The translations under genes were made by a program, and so were the position numbers. This document shows positions 17,101 to 26,334 of a DNA stretch of 64,000 nt, piece by piece (position 1 is the first letter of the stretch; the number at the start of each line of letters is the position of its first letter). Under the pieces are notes generated by a model. It was not told where the DNA came from. It searched no databases and saw only the letters and a list, made by a program, of their open reading frames with translations. Where the stretch lies: the NCBI GenBank assembly GCA_020348445.1, contig CP070751.1, positions 516,594 through 580,593 on the forward strand. Reading direction: 5' to 3'. The stretch comes from Thermoplasmata archaeon. GTDB taxonomy: Archaea; Thermoplasmatota; Thermoplasmata; GCA-020350865.

Positions 17101-19673
17101 CAGCTACGCAATTCTCCCTTAGCGCGAGCGATACTCATGTTGGCATTAACTTCACATGGTACACCATTGATGGAATCTTTTTTATGGGGGATGAATTTAA
17201 CCTTACAGGCTTCCTGGGTGGCCTGCATACTATATGCTGGGGTAGCGAGGACCATTTTGGCAATAACGAAACTGACAAATCAAAGGATGTAATTCTTGAT
17301 TCCGGGCCCCCGAATACCATAATAGATGTGGGCCTGTCCAAGTTCCGTGGTTCTTCATTTGACTCCTGGAATGTTACTCCATCCACAAAATTTACCCTGA
17401 GCTCAATTGACGATGCAGCAGGTGTCGATTTCACATGGTATACCATCGATGGAGTCTATTTTGAGGGTACGAGCTTTACAATGGATGGTTTAGACGATGG
17501 GCTACATACAATAGCAATGGGAGCCATGGACAATTTAGGGAATAATAGATCCGAAGCCGCGATTACGGTTTACCTGGACTCCAGGTCACCTGAATCGAAC
17601 CTCTCAATCGGTGAGCCAAAATATCACTTGTCCATAGACGACATCTGGAATGTAACAGAATCCACCTCCTTTTTATTGTCATCCTGGGATGAGCATGCAG
17701 GTGTGAAGAGCATATGGTTCAAGATTGATGGTGTTTACTTTGTAGGTTCTTTATTCAATCTCTCAGGTTATACGAACGGATTTTATACAATTGTCTGGGG
17801 TGCAATAGATAACCTTGGACATAACGAGACTGGACATTCTACTACCGTATTTTTGGATACTGACTCTCCTTATACGGAACTCGCCATTGATGAGCCAAAA
17901 CATCGGGATAAAGACGGAGATATCTGGAATATATCGACATCCACCACATTTTCACTTTTATCTCTTGATAATCGCTCGGGTGTAAAATTCTCGTGGTTCA
18001 CCATTAATGGAATGTATTTTGAAGGCACAGGCTTTAGTCTTTTTGGCTATCCAGAAGGTTATTACATCATCATCTGGGGAAGTGAGGACTTCCTTGGGAA
18101 TAACGAGACAGGAAAAACAGAAACAGTTTATTTAAGCTCAGCCATTCCAACCACCACGTTGGAGATGAATGGGGAAAGATATTGGGACTCGATTAATGAT
18201 CTATGGATTGTTACAGATGAAACACTCTTTCTCTTGACACCCGAACCCACGCCTATAGGGATAAACTTCACCTGGTACATGATCGATTCTAATTATTTTG
18301 TTGGAGCTCAATTCTCGCTCTCCGGTATAGAGGAAGGAATTCACAGGATAAAATGGGGAAGTCAAGATACCATGGGTTTCAACGAAACTGAAAACTTCCA
18401 GTATGTGATTCTGGATTTACAACCTCCAGAGACAAATTTAACCATGGGCAGCCCCAAATATCGAGAACCTGAAGAAGAGGTTTGGGCCGTTAGTAGAAAC
18501 ACTAAATTCACAATTATATCCTCGGATAATCACTCTGGAGTATCCTCCATCTGGTACATGATAGATGACGATTTCTTTTTGGGCTCGAGCTTTACATTGG
18601 ATGGATACGATGACGGTCCACATAGGATAAGTTGGGGTGCAGTGGACAATCTCGGCTATAACGAGACAAAACGGGAAATGAATATCTTTATTGACAATGA
18701 CGGTCCAACAGTTACTTTTGAAATCGGGGAACCAAATATTCCCTACAACGATTATATTCTGATAAATTCTTCATCTGCCATATCTTTTAATGATGAGGAT
18801 TCGGGTGTTGGTAATACCGTGATTTATTACTCTATTGACGGTGGCATAACATATCAGGTGTACGATTCGCCTTTCACGGTCCCCTACAAAACCATGAGGA
18901 TCATTTACTGGGCTGAGGATATCCTGGGCAACAGGGCCAACGAATACGTAATCAACGTGAAGGTGGACAATACTGATACTGATTCTGATAAAATAGATGA
19001 TATCGTCGATACTGATGATGACGGGGACGGTTTACTTGACATCGAAGAAGATATAAATCAAAATGGAATCGTGGATCCTGAAGAGACGGATCCTAAGAAC
19101 CCAGATACCGATTATGACGGATATTTGGATGGAGACGATCCTTATCCTTTGGATAAGAGTGACTGGGAAGGGGAACAAGAATCCGTTTCTGTATTCCTCA
19201 TACTCATTATCCTTGTGATTGTGGTATTTGCTATCCTCTTTATCTTCATCATGATCATGGATAGGGACAGCATGGCAAAAACCCAATGGACTTTCCCTGC
19301 CCACCCACAAGTTCCTGGTCAAGGGGGATATGAACGGACTGGCCAACAAGAGACAGGTGTTAATATCCAAAAAGAGCAGGCTGAGTCAATAGGTGAAGAG
19401 GAGATTGCATTTGAACCCCATGATGAGGAATCCTATGAAGAGGAGGTCGAGTTTGAGCCCCATGATGAACCGACTGAAGAGGAAGTCGAATTTGAGCCGC
19501 ATGATGAAGAATCCTATGAAGAGGAGGTCGAGTTTGAACCACATGACGAACCGACTGAAGAGGAAGTTGAGTTTGAGCCCCACGATGAACCGGATGAGGA
19601 AGTTCAATTTGAACCGCATGATGAACTATCTGAAGGGGAGGGGGAAGAGGAGCCTCCACCTCCTGATGATTAA
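14154..19673 (+). CDS. Membrane-anchored S8 (subtilisin-family) serine protease with propeptide, P/PPC-like domain, about 9 Ig-like repeats, TSP3-like Ca loops, a TM helix and an acidic repeat tail
   Basis: Catalytic Asp (VKDDGID), His (HGTCAFG), oxyanion Asn (SAGNDG) and Ser (GTSGATPVVAG); VKPDLVGP; ~97-aa repeats DxxPPxT...WYxIDG...WGSxDxLGxNET; DTDxDG loops; TM VFLILIILVIVVFAILFIFIMIM. Confidence 0.93.
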   Translation: MAYKYQVTKMIGEQSKFKPGITIHLIYILALIGFMIFSFLSSTMALSIVSTPNTEQSRVYQIPEPSSNMHIYMKAACFDPIKEEPGISPEWTYTSPNRYFLVQFHGPIQSQWITDIQSSGAVILGYIPQYSYLLSMDMDVKERIENLQFIRWIGLYHPAYKIQSHLYEKQGEIELNLLVFEDHHDNLHKVRTQLMAMGGEITYAGEDNHIIRVKIDASELKSIAFIPEVEWIDLYSKPVATMNKIRAFTGANTLSSAGFTGSGIVGEVKDDGIDQSHPDFDGQLIGTDGGPPNASHGTCAFGVVFSNGGGDSNAMGMLPGGKGVFCDWGVSTTTSISNLVYTWGGVFQSNSWSAGADDSTYTTVSFENDEAIDDFDIVMLHSAGNDGIAQETCTQDSVAKNVIGVGAVTHYDNILRSDDKWVLSVAGSTPAQGPASDGRVKPDLVGPFDSIYTTDVVGNGGYNPGDYYNFAGTSGATPVVAGAVGLVYQMYKENFFGNNPGGGLPHASTVKALLIANAYQYDFSKANRFQQGWGGVDVGRVYEMGQNHFIVNEDDSLQTGFSEIYEITTQGGEPLKISLVWTDLPQPLPATKPLINDLHLKVTDPNNVVYWGNVGLNTSKWSSAGGSADTINNVENVFIENPTPGFWTVEVIGGNIPLDGDPTVPGVNQAYALIASNAIETLTVDITNPSSSEILNDIITITGISSEHVSQVEVRIDSGSWELASGTTDWSFEWDTRLFSDGDHTIYVRGVNGTMYSKVKSVEVSLDNTPPTTSIIVGDPKYLNGSQLFVSDLTQFNLNAADSGSGLFYTRYRIVYEGNEVVGWTIGNSFTLSWGEGYYTIQYDSEDMLGNKEATNTTFAYVDSSSPKTSLQIGMPKYRDYSFHVLNVTNSTPFTILLLEEASSVDFFWYTIDGAYFLGQTFDLTGFLDGIHIITWGSQDVFGFNESGNEINVTLDSTAPDTFLDIGPLKFREFSFDLWNVTSATQFSLSASDTHVGINFTWYTIDGIFFMGDEFNLTGFLGGLHTICWGSEDHFGNNETDKSKDVILDSGPPNTIIDVGLSKFRGSSFDSWNVTPSTKFTLSSIDDAAGVDFTWYTIDGVYFEGTSFTMDGLDDGLHTIAMGAMDNLGNNRSEAAITVYLDSRSPESNLSIGEPKYHLSIDDIWNVTESTSFLLSSWDEHAGVKSIWFKIDGVYFVGSLFNLSGYTNGFYTIVWGAIDNLGHNETGHSTTVFLDTDSPYTELAIDEPKHRDKDGDIWNISTSTTFSLLSLDNRSGVKFSWFTINGMYFEGTGFSLFGYPEGYYIIIWGSEDFLGNNETGKTETVYLSSAIPTTTLEMNGERYWDSINDLWIVTDETLFLLTPEPTPIGINFTWYMIDSNYFVGAQFSLSGIEEGIHRIKWGSQDTMGFNETENFQYVILDLQPPETNLTMGSPKYREPEEEVWAVSRNTKFTIISSDNHSGVSSIWYMIDDDFFLGSSFTLDGYDDGPHRISWGAVDNLGYNETKREMNIFIDNDGPTVTFEIGEPNIPYNDYILINSSSAISFNDEDSGVGNTVIYYSIDGGITYQVYDSPFTVPYKTMRIIYWAEDILGNRANEYVINVKVDNTDTDSDKIDDIVDTDDDGDGLLDIEEDINQNGIVDPEETDPKNPDTDYDGYLDGDDPYPLDKSDWEGEQESVSVFLILIILVIVVFAILFIFIMIMDRDSMAKTQWTFPAHPQVPGQGGYERTGQQETGVNIQKEQAESIGEEEIAFEPHDEESYEEEVEFEPHDEPTEEEVEFEPHDEESYEEEVEFEPHDEPTEEEVEFEPHDEPDEEVQFEPHDELSEGEGEEEPPPPDD
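19410..19625 (+). repeat. Coding tandem repeat: six FEPHDE-headed units (alternating 42 and 39 nt) in the protease C-terminal tail
   Basis: FEPHDEESYEEEVE / FEPHDEPTEEEVE twice, then FEPHDEPDEEVQ and FEPHDE. Confidence 0.95.
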
Positions 19674-19834
19674 GAATTTGAATCCATTATGCTCGTGATG
19701 AGAATATAAAGTTCAAGTCCCACAAGGAAAAGATCGGATTCGAGCTGGCCAAATAGATCATAAATTTTCTTATCTGCAACTTTTATTACCACGCAACACA
19801 TACCCCAACTCGACGATATGAGGTGGTTGGGAAT

Positions 19835-20719
19835 ATGATCACAGAAAATGTAGTGAAACAAGCTACTTTTGAGCTTTTAAGAAATGCCGTGACCGTTTTG
19901 CCAAGGGATATAAATGAGGCCCTTAAAAAAGCCTATGAAACTGAGGAGGAGGCCATACCCAAGATGCAACTTAAGAATATACTCGATAACATCGAACTGG
20001 CAAAAGCTGGTCCCCTCCCCATGTGCCAGGACACCGGCATCCATATTTTCTATGTGACATATGGGAAAGATATGATTATGAAAGTCGAGGAAGCGATAAA
20101 AGATGGCCTGAGGGAGGCCACAAAATCGGTTCCACTTCGACCAAATGCTGTACATCCTCTGACAAGGAACAATCCAGGGGATAACACGGGATTGAAAATG
20201 CCCTACATAAACTACCGTTTCTCGGATGAGGACTTCTTAGAAATCGCAGTGATGCCAAAAGGAGCAGGTTCTGAAAACATGAGCGCATTGAAGATGCTAA
20301 CTCCATCTCAAGGTCTTGCCGGTATAAAGGAATTTGTTTTGAACACCATGGTAAATGCGGGGGGAAAACCCTGTCCTCCCACAATAATAGGAATGGGCAT
20401 AGGAGGTTCTGCAGACATATCAATGAAGCTTGCCAAGGAAGCGCTCCTAAGACCTGTTAACGCACCTAACAAGGACCCCCAAATCGCAGAGCTGGAAAAG
20501 GACCTTTATGAGGCCATAAATACCCTGGGAATTGGACCAATGGGCCTTGGTGGAAAGACCACTGTATTGGGTGTTAACATCGAATATGCATACTGCCATA
20601 CAGCGAGCCTGCCAGTGGCTGTGAATATTCAGTGCTGGGCAGCGAGAAGGGCCACTGCAAGGATTCACAAAGATGGTTCAATTGAGCATATCACCCATCC
20701 CAAGGAGGGAGAAATATGA
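19835..20719 (+). CDS. fumA: Class I fumarate hydratase / tartrate dehydratase, alpha subunit
   Basis: PMCQDTG, MPKGAGSEN, GGKPCPP, GIGPMGLGG and HTASLPVAVNIQCWAAR motifs; ATG 19835 with a GAGGTG RBS. Confidence 0.93.
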   Translation: MITENVVKQATFELLRNAVTVLPRDINEALKKAYETEEEAIPKMQLKNILDNIELAKAGPLPMCQDTGIHIFYVTYGKDMIMKVEEAIKDGLREATKSVPLRPNAVHPLTRNNPGDNTGLKMPYINYRFSDEDFLEIAVMPKGAGSENMSALKMLTPSQGLAGIKEFVLNTMVNAGGKPCPPTIIGMGIGGSADISMKLAKEALLRPVNAPNKDPQIAELEKDLYEAINTLGIGPMGLGGKTTVLGVNIEYAYCHTASLPVAVNIQCWAARRATARIHKDGSIEHITHPKEGEI

Positions 20720-21318
20720 CTGAGTTTTCGTTGAGTACACCTTTGGATGAGGCAGCAATCAGGCAATTAAATATCGGGGATGTGGTTTATTTAAATGGAA
20801 CGATTTTCACAGGAAGAGATGAGGTACATATCCACGCATTGAAGTTACTCAATGAAGGTAAAGATATTCCCGTGGAATTAAAGGATGCTGCGCTTTTCCA
20901 TTGTGGACCAATAATGCAAAAAGAACATGAGAAATGGCATCTTGTGGCTGCTGGGCCCACCACAAGCTCCCGTATGAACTCTTTGGAACCTGAATTTATA
21001 TCAAAATTTGGTGTAAGGGCAATTATCGGTAAAGGTGGTATGTCGAAACCAACTTTGGATGTAATGGGAGATTTTGGATGTGTGTACCTGGCGATAACAG
21101 GAGGAGCAGCACTTCTTGCCGCCAAAGGCATAAAGAATGTATTAGGTGTGCATTGGCTTGATCTGGGTATGCCCGAGGCTCTTTGGGTTTTGGAGAGCCA
21201 AAATTTTGGACCGTTGATCGTCGCCATGGATAGTCATGGAAAAAGCCTATACGAGAAGGTCAGAAGTGATACCGAGAGAAATATGGAGGATGTGAGAAAA
21301 ATATTAAAATTGGACTAA
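20716..21318 (+). CDS. fumB: Class I fumarate hydratase / tartrate dehydratase, beta subunit
   Basis: GTIFTGRDEVH, AAGPTTSSRM, IGKGGM, DLGMPEALW and VAMDSHG motifs; ATGA overlap with the alpha gene. Confidence 0.92.
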   Translation: MTEFSLSTPLDEAAIRQLNIGDVVYLNGTIFTGRDEVHIHALKLLNEGKDIPVELKDAALFHCGPIMQKEHEKWHLVAAGPTTSSRMNSLEPEFISKFGVRAIIGKGGMSKPTLDVMGDFGCVYLAITGGAALLAAKGIKNVLGVHWLDLGMPEALWVLESQNFGPLIVAMDSHGKSLYEKVRSDTERNMEDVRKILKLD

Positions 21319-21321
21319 GTT

Positions 21322-21846
21322 TCAGCGGGCCTTCCATGATTCTATGAAGCTCTCCACGATATTATCCAAGAATGAGGGTCTGTAAGTGATAAGAACGTTG
21401 GCGATGGCCTCCTCATCCACAGCTTTATATATTGTCGTTCTACCCTTTTTCTTCTTTTCGATGATCTCCTTTTTCACCAACTTGTTCAGATGATATGCCA
21501 GCTTGGAGGGAGCCAGTTCGAATTTGCTGGCAATTTCGTTAAACTGCGAGTCTGGGTTGAGCATCAGAAAAAGGACCAACCCCCTTGCCGTCTCGTTTCG
21601 AAGACATGCAAGAATCCTTTTTTCACTCCCTTTTACCTTACCGACGATATAATAGCGTTTCAAATTCCCGTCATGGATGGACACCAATAAGTCATGTTTG
21701 ATCATATAATTCAGCTGATAATTTAAATTACCACTGGATATCTCAAGTCTACGCAAAATCTCCCTGAAATGAAGACCTGGGAAATTTGAAATGAGATCGA
21801 AAATATCTCTTCTGGTCTCCAAATCAACTTCTTTTGCCATATTCAA
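21322..21846 (-). CDS. Archaeal double winged-helix transcriptional regulator
   Basis: RRDIFDLISNFPGLHFREILRRL...LNYQLNYM plus a second HTH (FNEIASKFELAPSKLAYHLNKL). Confidence 0.85.
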   Translation of the reverse strand: MNMAKEVDLETRRDIFDLISNFPGLHFREILRRLEISSGNLNYQLNYMIKHDLLVSIHDGNLKRYYIVGKVKGSEKRILACLRNETARGLVLFLMLNPDSQFNEIASKFELAPSKLAYHLNKLVKKEIIEKKKKGRTTIYKAVDEEAIANVLITYRPSFLDNIVESFIESWKAR

Positions 21847-21966
21847 TGTTCTCCCGAGCTCTTCCCCCTAAAGTTCCCAAAAATCACGGTCAAACACATG
21901 ATATTTCCCCGCAAATGTCCTCTTTCACATTTACCATCAATCCATTCATAGGAATCCAACGTCACT

Positions 21967-22293
21967 TCACTTAGCATCTTTGTTTTGGTTCTTCTTGGAT
22001 TCGGACTCTGACTTTTCCCTGCTTTTCGGCGGAGTCAAAATCCAAAAGAACAAGAATATAAGGATGGCAGCATCGAAAAAGACACTGTAAGTAAGGAGGT
22101 CCGATTCGTCTTTAAAAGATGATGTAAAGATGGATAGGGTCAAGATGATACCCTTTACAAGAAAAATCAAGAACACCAGGGCTGCAAACAGTATTCCCCT
22201 GGATCTTTCCCTTTTGTAGGCAAGGGCACTTATTATTAAAAGCACGAAAGCCAACACCGTTACCATGGCTACTGCTATTTCAAAACCTTCCAT
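21967..22293 (-). CDS. Small 3-TM membrane protein upstream of the wHTH regulator
   Basis: 108 aa with three hydrophobic helices; AYKRERSR loop. Confidence 0.7.
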   Translation of the reverse strand: MEGFEIAVAMVTVLAFVLLIISALAYKRERSRGILFAALVFLIFLVKGIILTLSIFTSSFKDESDLLTYSVFFDAAILIFLFFWILTPPKSREKSESESKKNQNKDAK

Positions 22294-22367
22294 TTTATCA
22301 CATCCTTTGATAAGGAATTGATAATAAATAGACTTTTTGGGGTCTTTATCTCCCTATCCAGAAGTGG

Positions 22368-22898
22368 CTAAAATGTATGGAAGGCCAGCTTGGAATCATT
22401 GGATTTTTTTATTATTTGTATCCCATCCCCCACATATGCGTTTTGAACCATGAACTCATCGTCAGGATCCAACCTACCATTTTTATTTTTATCGTGAAAG
22501 ATGCACCGAAGATCACCTTGGGTTTCCACCACAATACCGTCTGTTAATACTTCAGTGCTATTTGAACTATCGGTGCCAGCATCCCTTAGAACCAGTTTAA
22601 CCTCCGATAAATCCACGTTCACATCCCTTACGTTGCCAGAATATGAATCCATAACATCCTGATCCCTGTAGAAAACCATATTCTTGGTGGGATTGGGATT
22701 GTTCTGCCCAGAGAATATCACTGTGGAGACGAACAAGATGATGATGATAATGGCAACGACCAACAATTTCAAGTTGGTTTTTTGCTTTGGGGCAGAAACT
22801 TCATCTACCTTTGCTTTATCCTCTCTCTCTTCCTCCCTCTCTTCCTCCCCTTCTTCCTTTACCTCTTCATCCTCTTTGTTTTCCGAATTCTCCATCAT
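22368..22898 (-). CDS. Single-pass (type II) membrane protein with an acidic N-tail and a small extracellular domain
   Basis: Glu-rich N-terminus, TM LLVVAIIIIILFVSTVIF, Ca-loop-like DKNKNGRLDPDD. Confidence 0.65.
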   Translation of the reverse strand: MMENSENKEDEEVKEEGEEEREEEREDKAKVDEVSAPKQKTNLKLLVVAIIIIILFVSTVIFSGQNNPNPTKNMVFYRDQDVMDSYSGNVRDVNVDLSEVKLVLRDAGTDSSNSTEVLTDGIVVETQGDLRCIFHDKNKNGRLDPDDEFMVQNAYVGDGIQIIKKSNDSKLAFHTF

Positions 22899-22940
22899 AT
22901 CACGAAAGAATTGTTTTTTTCGAATTTCATTCTATTTTAC

Positions 22941-23753
22941 TTATTCCACAACCACAGCCCCGTAGCCAACAACATCCCTCATCTCCATAACATCGCCGGA
23001 AGTGGAATACTTTAATAAACTGGCCTTGCTGCCATTTACAGCCTCTATCATGGCCATGACTGGGCCGTAACCGCACATGGAGATATTGTATTTATCTACA
23101 GTCTTGTACAATGACTTTGCATCCAAATTGATGATGGCATCGATTGCCATCTTATCCTTCTTTTCAGCCATCTCCTTGGGGACATAATGTGAAAAATCGG
23201 TTGAGGCGATCACAACCACATCCTTACCCTCGATAGCCTTGGAGATAATGATCCCCACTTCTTTTGCCATCTTGTAGGTTTGATGACCAATGCATAATGG
23301 AACGAATTTGATATCTGGTTTAAGAAACTGCAAAAACGGCAACTGCACCTCTATCGAGTGCTCATTTCTGTGGGCCATCAAATCGTTATCGATGACACCT
23401 GTGTGAAGTTTCTGTGCTAATTCCATATCAATGGCCACATCGCCAAGAGGGGTATTGAATTCCTCAGTTGTTATGGCAATAGGGCTTCCAAAACCACCAT
23501 GCTTTGGGCCTATTACTATGAATGTATCTGGGAAGCCATCTTTTGCCAAAGCAGTGCACACATGTGCCGCAACAGGCCCAGAAAACATATAGCCCGCATG
23601 GGGCATTACAGCTCCTTTGATATTTCTTTCCCCACTCTTCAGTTCTGGTATCTCCCCAGGGCCCAATCTGTGAAGAAAACATGCCTCAATCTGCTTTCTT
23701 AGCGCACCTTCCTTTCCCTCATAAAACTGTCCTGCCACAGCCGGGTATCTCAT
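22941..23753 (-). CDS. MEMO1 family protein (AmmeMemoRadiSam protein B)
   Basis: MRYPAVAGQFY, MPHAGYMFSG, GPKH, EHSIEVQLPFLQ, ASTDFSHY, SMCGYGP and VVGYG motifs. Confidence 0.95.
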   Translation of the reverse strand: MRYPAVAGQFYEGKEGALRKQIEACFLHRLGPGEIPELKSGERNIKGAVMPHAGYMFSGPVAAHVCTALAKDGFPDTFIVIGPKHGGFGSPIAITTEEFNTPLGDVAIDMELAQKLHTGVIDNDLMAHRNEHSIEVQLPFLQFLKPDIKFVPLCIGHQTYKMAKEVGIIISKAIEGKDVVVIASTDFSHYVPKEMAEKKDKMAIDAIINLDAKSLYKTVDKYNISMCGYGPVMAMIEAVNGSKASLLKYSTSGDVMEMRDVVGYGAVVVE

Positions 23754-23817
23754 ATTCTACCTCCGTCCCTTTGATTATGAAATATCTAAAAAACAATATA
23801 CATTTTGAGGTATAAAA

Positions 23818-24432
23818 CTATAGTGATGCTTCAAAGTCCTCCATGGTGGGGGTGAAATCCTCATCTTTCTCTATTGCGCCTTTTAATTTTAGAAATTCTC
23901 TTGTGAGTATCCAATAGACGGCCGCAAGTGCCATCCTTCCCTTGTTGTTTGCAGGGATTATCAAATCCACATTTCTTGTTTCATTGTTTGCATCACAAAT
24001 TCCAACAACTGGTATGCCGATGTTCACAGCTTCCCTTAGTGCTTGCTGATCGGCAGCAGGGTCGGTCACCATCAACACATCAGGTTCCATGTATGTGGGC
24101 AGCAGGGGATTGGTCAGGGTGCCTGGAACGAATCTTCCGGGTATTACCATGACCTTGGTATGTTGGGCAAATACCTTGACAGGTTTTTGGCCGTACTGTC
24201 TTGTGGAAACCACGAGTATCTTTTTAGGCTCATATCTCGAGAGAAACCTCGATGCTTCCCGAAGGCGAGTATCAGTCTGTTTTACATCTAAAACGTAAAG
24301 GCCATCTGTACGAACCCTGAAAATGAATGGTTTCATATCTGCGCTCTTTTGTTGAGTACCTATATGAACCCCTGCAGTCAGATAAACATCCTCAGTCACC
24401 AATAAAGGCTCTCCTTTAATTTCTTCTTCCAA
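23818..24432 (-). CDS. rps2: 30S ribosomal protein uS2
   Basis: [35 protein letters not shown] and IIPANNKGR motifs. Confidence 0.97.
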   Translation of the reverse strand: MEEEIKGEPLLVTEDVYLTAGVHIGTQQKSADMKPFIFRVRTDGLYVLDVKQTDTRLREASRFLSRYEPKKILVVSTRQYGQKPVKVFAQHTKVMVIPGRFVPGTLTNPLLPTYMEPDVLMVTDPAADQQALREAVNIGIPVVGICDANNETRNVDLIIPANNKGRMALAAVYWILTREFLKLKGAIEKDEDFTPTMEDFEASL

Positions 24433-24433
24433 A

Positions 24434-25648
24434 TCAACCCTCCGATTGTATGATTTCCTCTTCTATTCTTATCAATTCATTTAGCTTGGCGGTCCTTTCC
24501 CCCCCAACCACCCCTGTCTTTATGGCATGACAACCGAAGGCAACAGCCAAATGGGCTATTGTAGAATCTGTTGTCTCACCACTTCGGTGAGAGACTACGG
24601 TCTTATAACCATTTTCATGGGCCACTTTGATGGTTTCTATTGTCCTGGTCAGCGTACCAACCTGATTGGGCTTGATTAGAACTGCATTGGTCGCGCCCAT
24701 TTGGATGCCGTTTTTTAACCTATTTACGTCAGTTACGAACAGATCGTCACCTACGATGGTGCATTTACTACCCACGGCCTTTGTTAGTTTGGAATACCCT
24801 TCGAAATCCTCCTGATCCAGAGGATCTTCCACCAGATTTAGCTCATAATTATCGATAAGATGCGTTACAAATTCTATCTGATCTTCAGTGTTCAATTTTC
24901 CGTTCTTGTAATGATAATAACCATCTTTGAAAAGTTCTGAGGCCGCGATGTCCAAGCACGGTCTGATTGAAAAACCGGCTGTATCTGATACTTCCTTGCA
25001 CGCGTCAGCAACAAGCTCCAATGCCTCCTCATTATCCATCTTCGCAACCCAGGCACCTTCATCTCCCTTGCCGATGGCTGAATCTGGAAACTTATCCTTC
25101 AACCTTTTTTTTACGTGTGCATGAACCTGGGCATTAGCGAAAATGGATTCTTTTGCTGTTTTCCCCAGGGCAATGGCCGAGTACTCCTGAATATCTGTTC
25201 CACCCACCGCGTGCTTTCCTCCCCCTAAAACATTGCCCAAGGGATAAGGTGTTCTTTTGGCAAATGCTCCACCTAAATAATGATATAACGGAAGTCCCAG
25301 GACAAATGCAGCGGCCTTGGCATTTGCAAGGGAAGTTGCCACAGACACGTTACCGCCCATATTTGAGAAGTTATCTGAGCCGTCGAGCTCGACCAAAATA
25401 GAATCTATTTCTTCCTGCTCTATCACATCCATATCAATTAGCTTTGGTGCAACGTTCTCTTGGAAATTCTGTATAGCGAAATCCACTCCTTTCGTGGGAA
25501 ATGCCGTAACTTCATTTGCCCCTGTGCTTGCTCCACTTGGTGCCGAGGCTGTGCCAAAACCACTTTGGGTATATATGTCCACTTCAACTGTGGGATTGCC
25601 CCTGCTGTCAAGAATCTTTCTTATGGCAACCTCCGTGATTTGCGTCAA
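24434..25648 (-). CDS. eno: Enolase (phosphopyruvate hydratase)
   Basis: [54 protein letters not shown] and KLNELIRI motifs. Confidence 0.97.
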   Translation of the reverse strand: MTQITEVAIRKILDSRGNPTVEVDIYTQSGFGTASAPSGASTGANEVTAFPTKGVDFAIQNFQENVAPKLIDMDVIEQEEIDSILVELDGSDNFSNMGGNVSVATSLANAKAAAFVLGLPLYHYLGGAFAKRTPYPLGNVLGGGKHAVGGTDIQEYSAIALGKTAKESIFANAQVHAHVKKRLKDKFPDSAIGKGDEGAWVAKMDNEEALELVADACKEVSDTAGFSIRPCLDIAASELFKDGYYHYKNGKLNTEDQIEFVTHLIDNYELNLVEDPLDQEDFEGYSKLTKAVGSKCTIVGDDLFVTDVNRLKNGIQMGATNAVLIKPNQVGTLTRTIETIKVAHENGYKTVVSHRSGETTDSTIAHLAVAFGCHAIKTGVVGGERTAKLNELIRIEEEIIQSEG

Positions 25649-25657
25649 AACTCTCCC

Positions 25658-25831
25658 TCAGATATCTCTTAACGCGTTAATGGGAATAATCCCTTTTCTA
25701 TATTCCCTCTCCGCCAACTCAACAGGGCTTATTATTCCCTTCTTTTCCCTGATTAACAACGGTGCACCCATTGTTATCTGTAATGCCCGAGCACCTATTA
25801 TTCTCGCCTTCTCGAATCTTGTATGTTTCAT
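25658..25831 (-). CDS. rpoK: DNA-directed RNA polymerase subunit K (Rpo6); not in the ORF track (57 aa)
   Basis: Manual translation: MKHTRFEKARIIGARALQITMGAPLLIREKKGIISPVELAEREYRKGIIPINALRDI*. It has the canonical TRFEKARIIGARALQI motif and its usual position upstream of eno. Confidence 0.96.
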   Translation of the reverse strand: MKHTRFEKARIIGARALQITMGAPLLIREKKGIISPVELAEREYRKGIIPINALRDI

Positions 25832-26091
25832 TTTTACCAGCCCAAAGTCGGATTATACAATGAAATGGATGGGTATACCCCTAATAAAGAGGCTATAGAT
25901 AAATGTTTTGCAGTTTGAATGAAAAAGATGATTATTAATCTTCACTTTCATTTTATATCTTTGATTATTGGGTGGGCGGAGGGGGTAATGGAAGGAGGGA
26001 GGAAAAACAACATATTGCCTACCATTAAATAAAAATGATAACTACAATAGAGAGGTAGGATTAAATAATAAATAGGTCATAAACTTATTAT

Positions 26092-26334
26092 ATGCCTCTC
26101 CCAAGAGAAATTCTAAATGAACTCAAATGGCGCGAGGATAGAAACCTGTCTTCTACAGAGATATGGTATGTTCACAGGGGCGCTGCCAACGATACAAAGA
26201 TAGTATCAGGTGGCGAGATTTTGGATTTGGAGCATTCGTTCATGATTTTAGAGGATGCATCCATCCCCTATCATAGAATTTTTAAAATCGTGTACGAGGG
26301 AGAGGTTATATTTGAAAGAGAAAAAAGAAAGTGA
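26092..26334 (+). CDS. DUF504 / MJ1316-like RNA-repair-associated domain protein
   Basis: REILNELKW, IWYVHRGA and IPYHRIFKI motifs. Confidence 0.85.
   Translation: MPLPREILNELKWREDRNLSSTEIWYVHRGAANDTKIVSGGEILDLEHSFMILEDASIPYHRIFKIVYEGEVIFEREKRK

Noticed and set aside
19690-19745. Possible C/D-box sRNA (GCTCG-TGATGA...CGGA-TTCGAGC)
   Set aside because: A C box and a terminal stem are present, but the D box reads CGGA rather than CTGA and there are no clear D'/C' boxes.
19804-19831. CCCAAC...GTTGGG stem flanking the fumA RBS
   Set aside because: Only 6 bp with a 16-nt loop; plausible by chance, with no supporting second element.
21884-21943. 19-codon ORF (MNGLMVNVKEDICGEISCV) on the minus strand between the 3-TM and wHTH genes
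   Set aside because: Too short, with no recognisable motif or convincing RBS.
25317-25898. 193-aa plus-strand ORF and the many other 60-190-aa ORFs in the track overlapping real genes
   Set aside because: These are antisense or alternate-frame shadows of eno, rpoK, folC, the giant repeat protein and others. They show no motifs or RBS and have the Ser/Phe-rich composition typical of reverse-complemented coding DNA.
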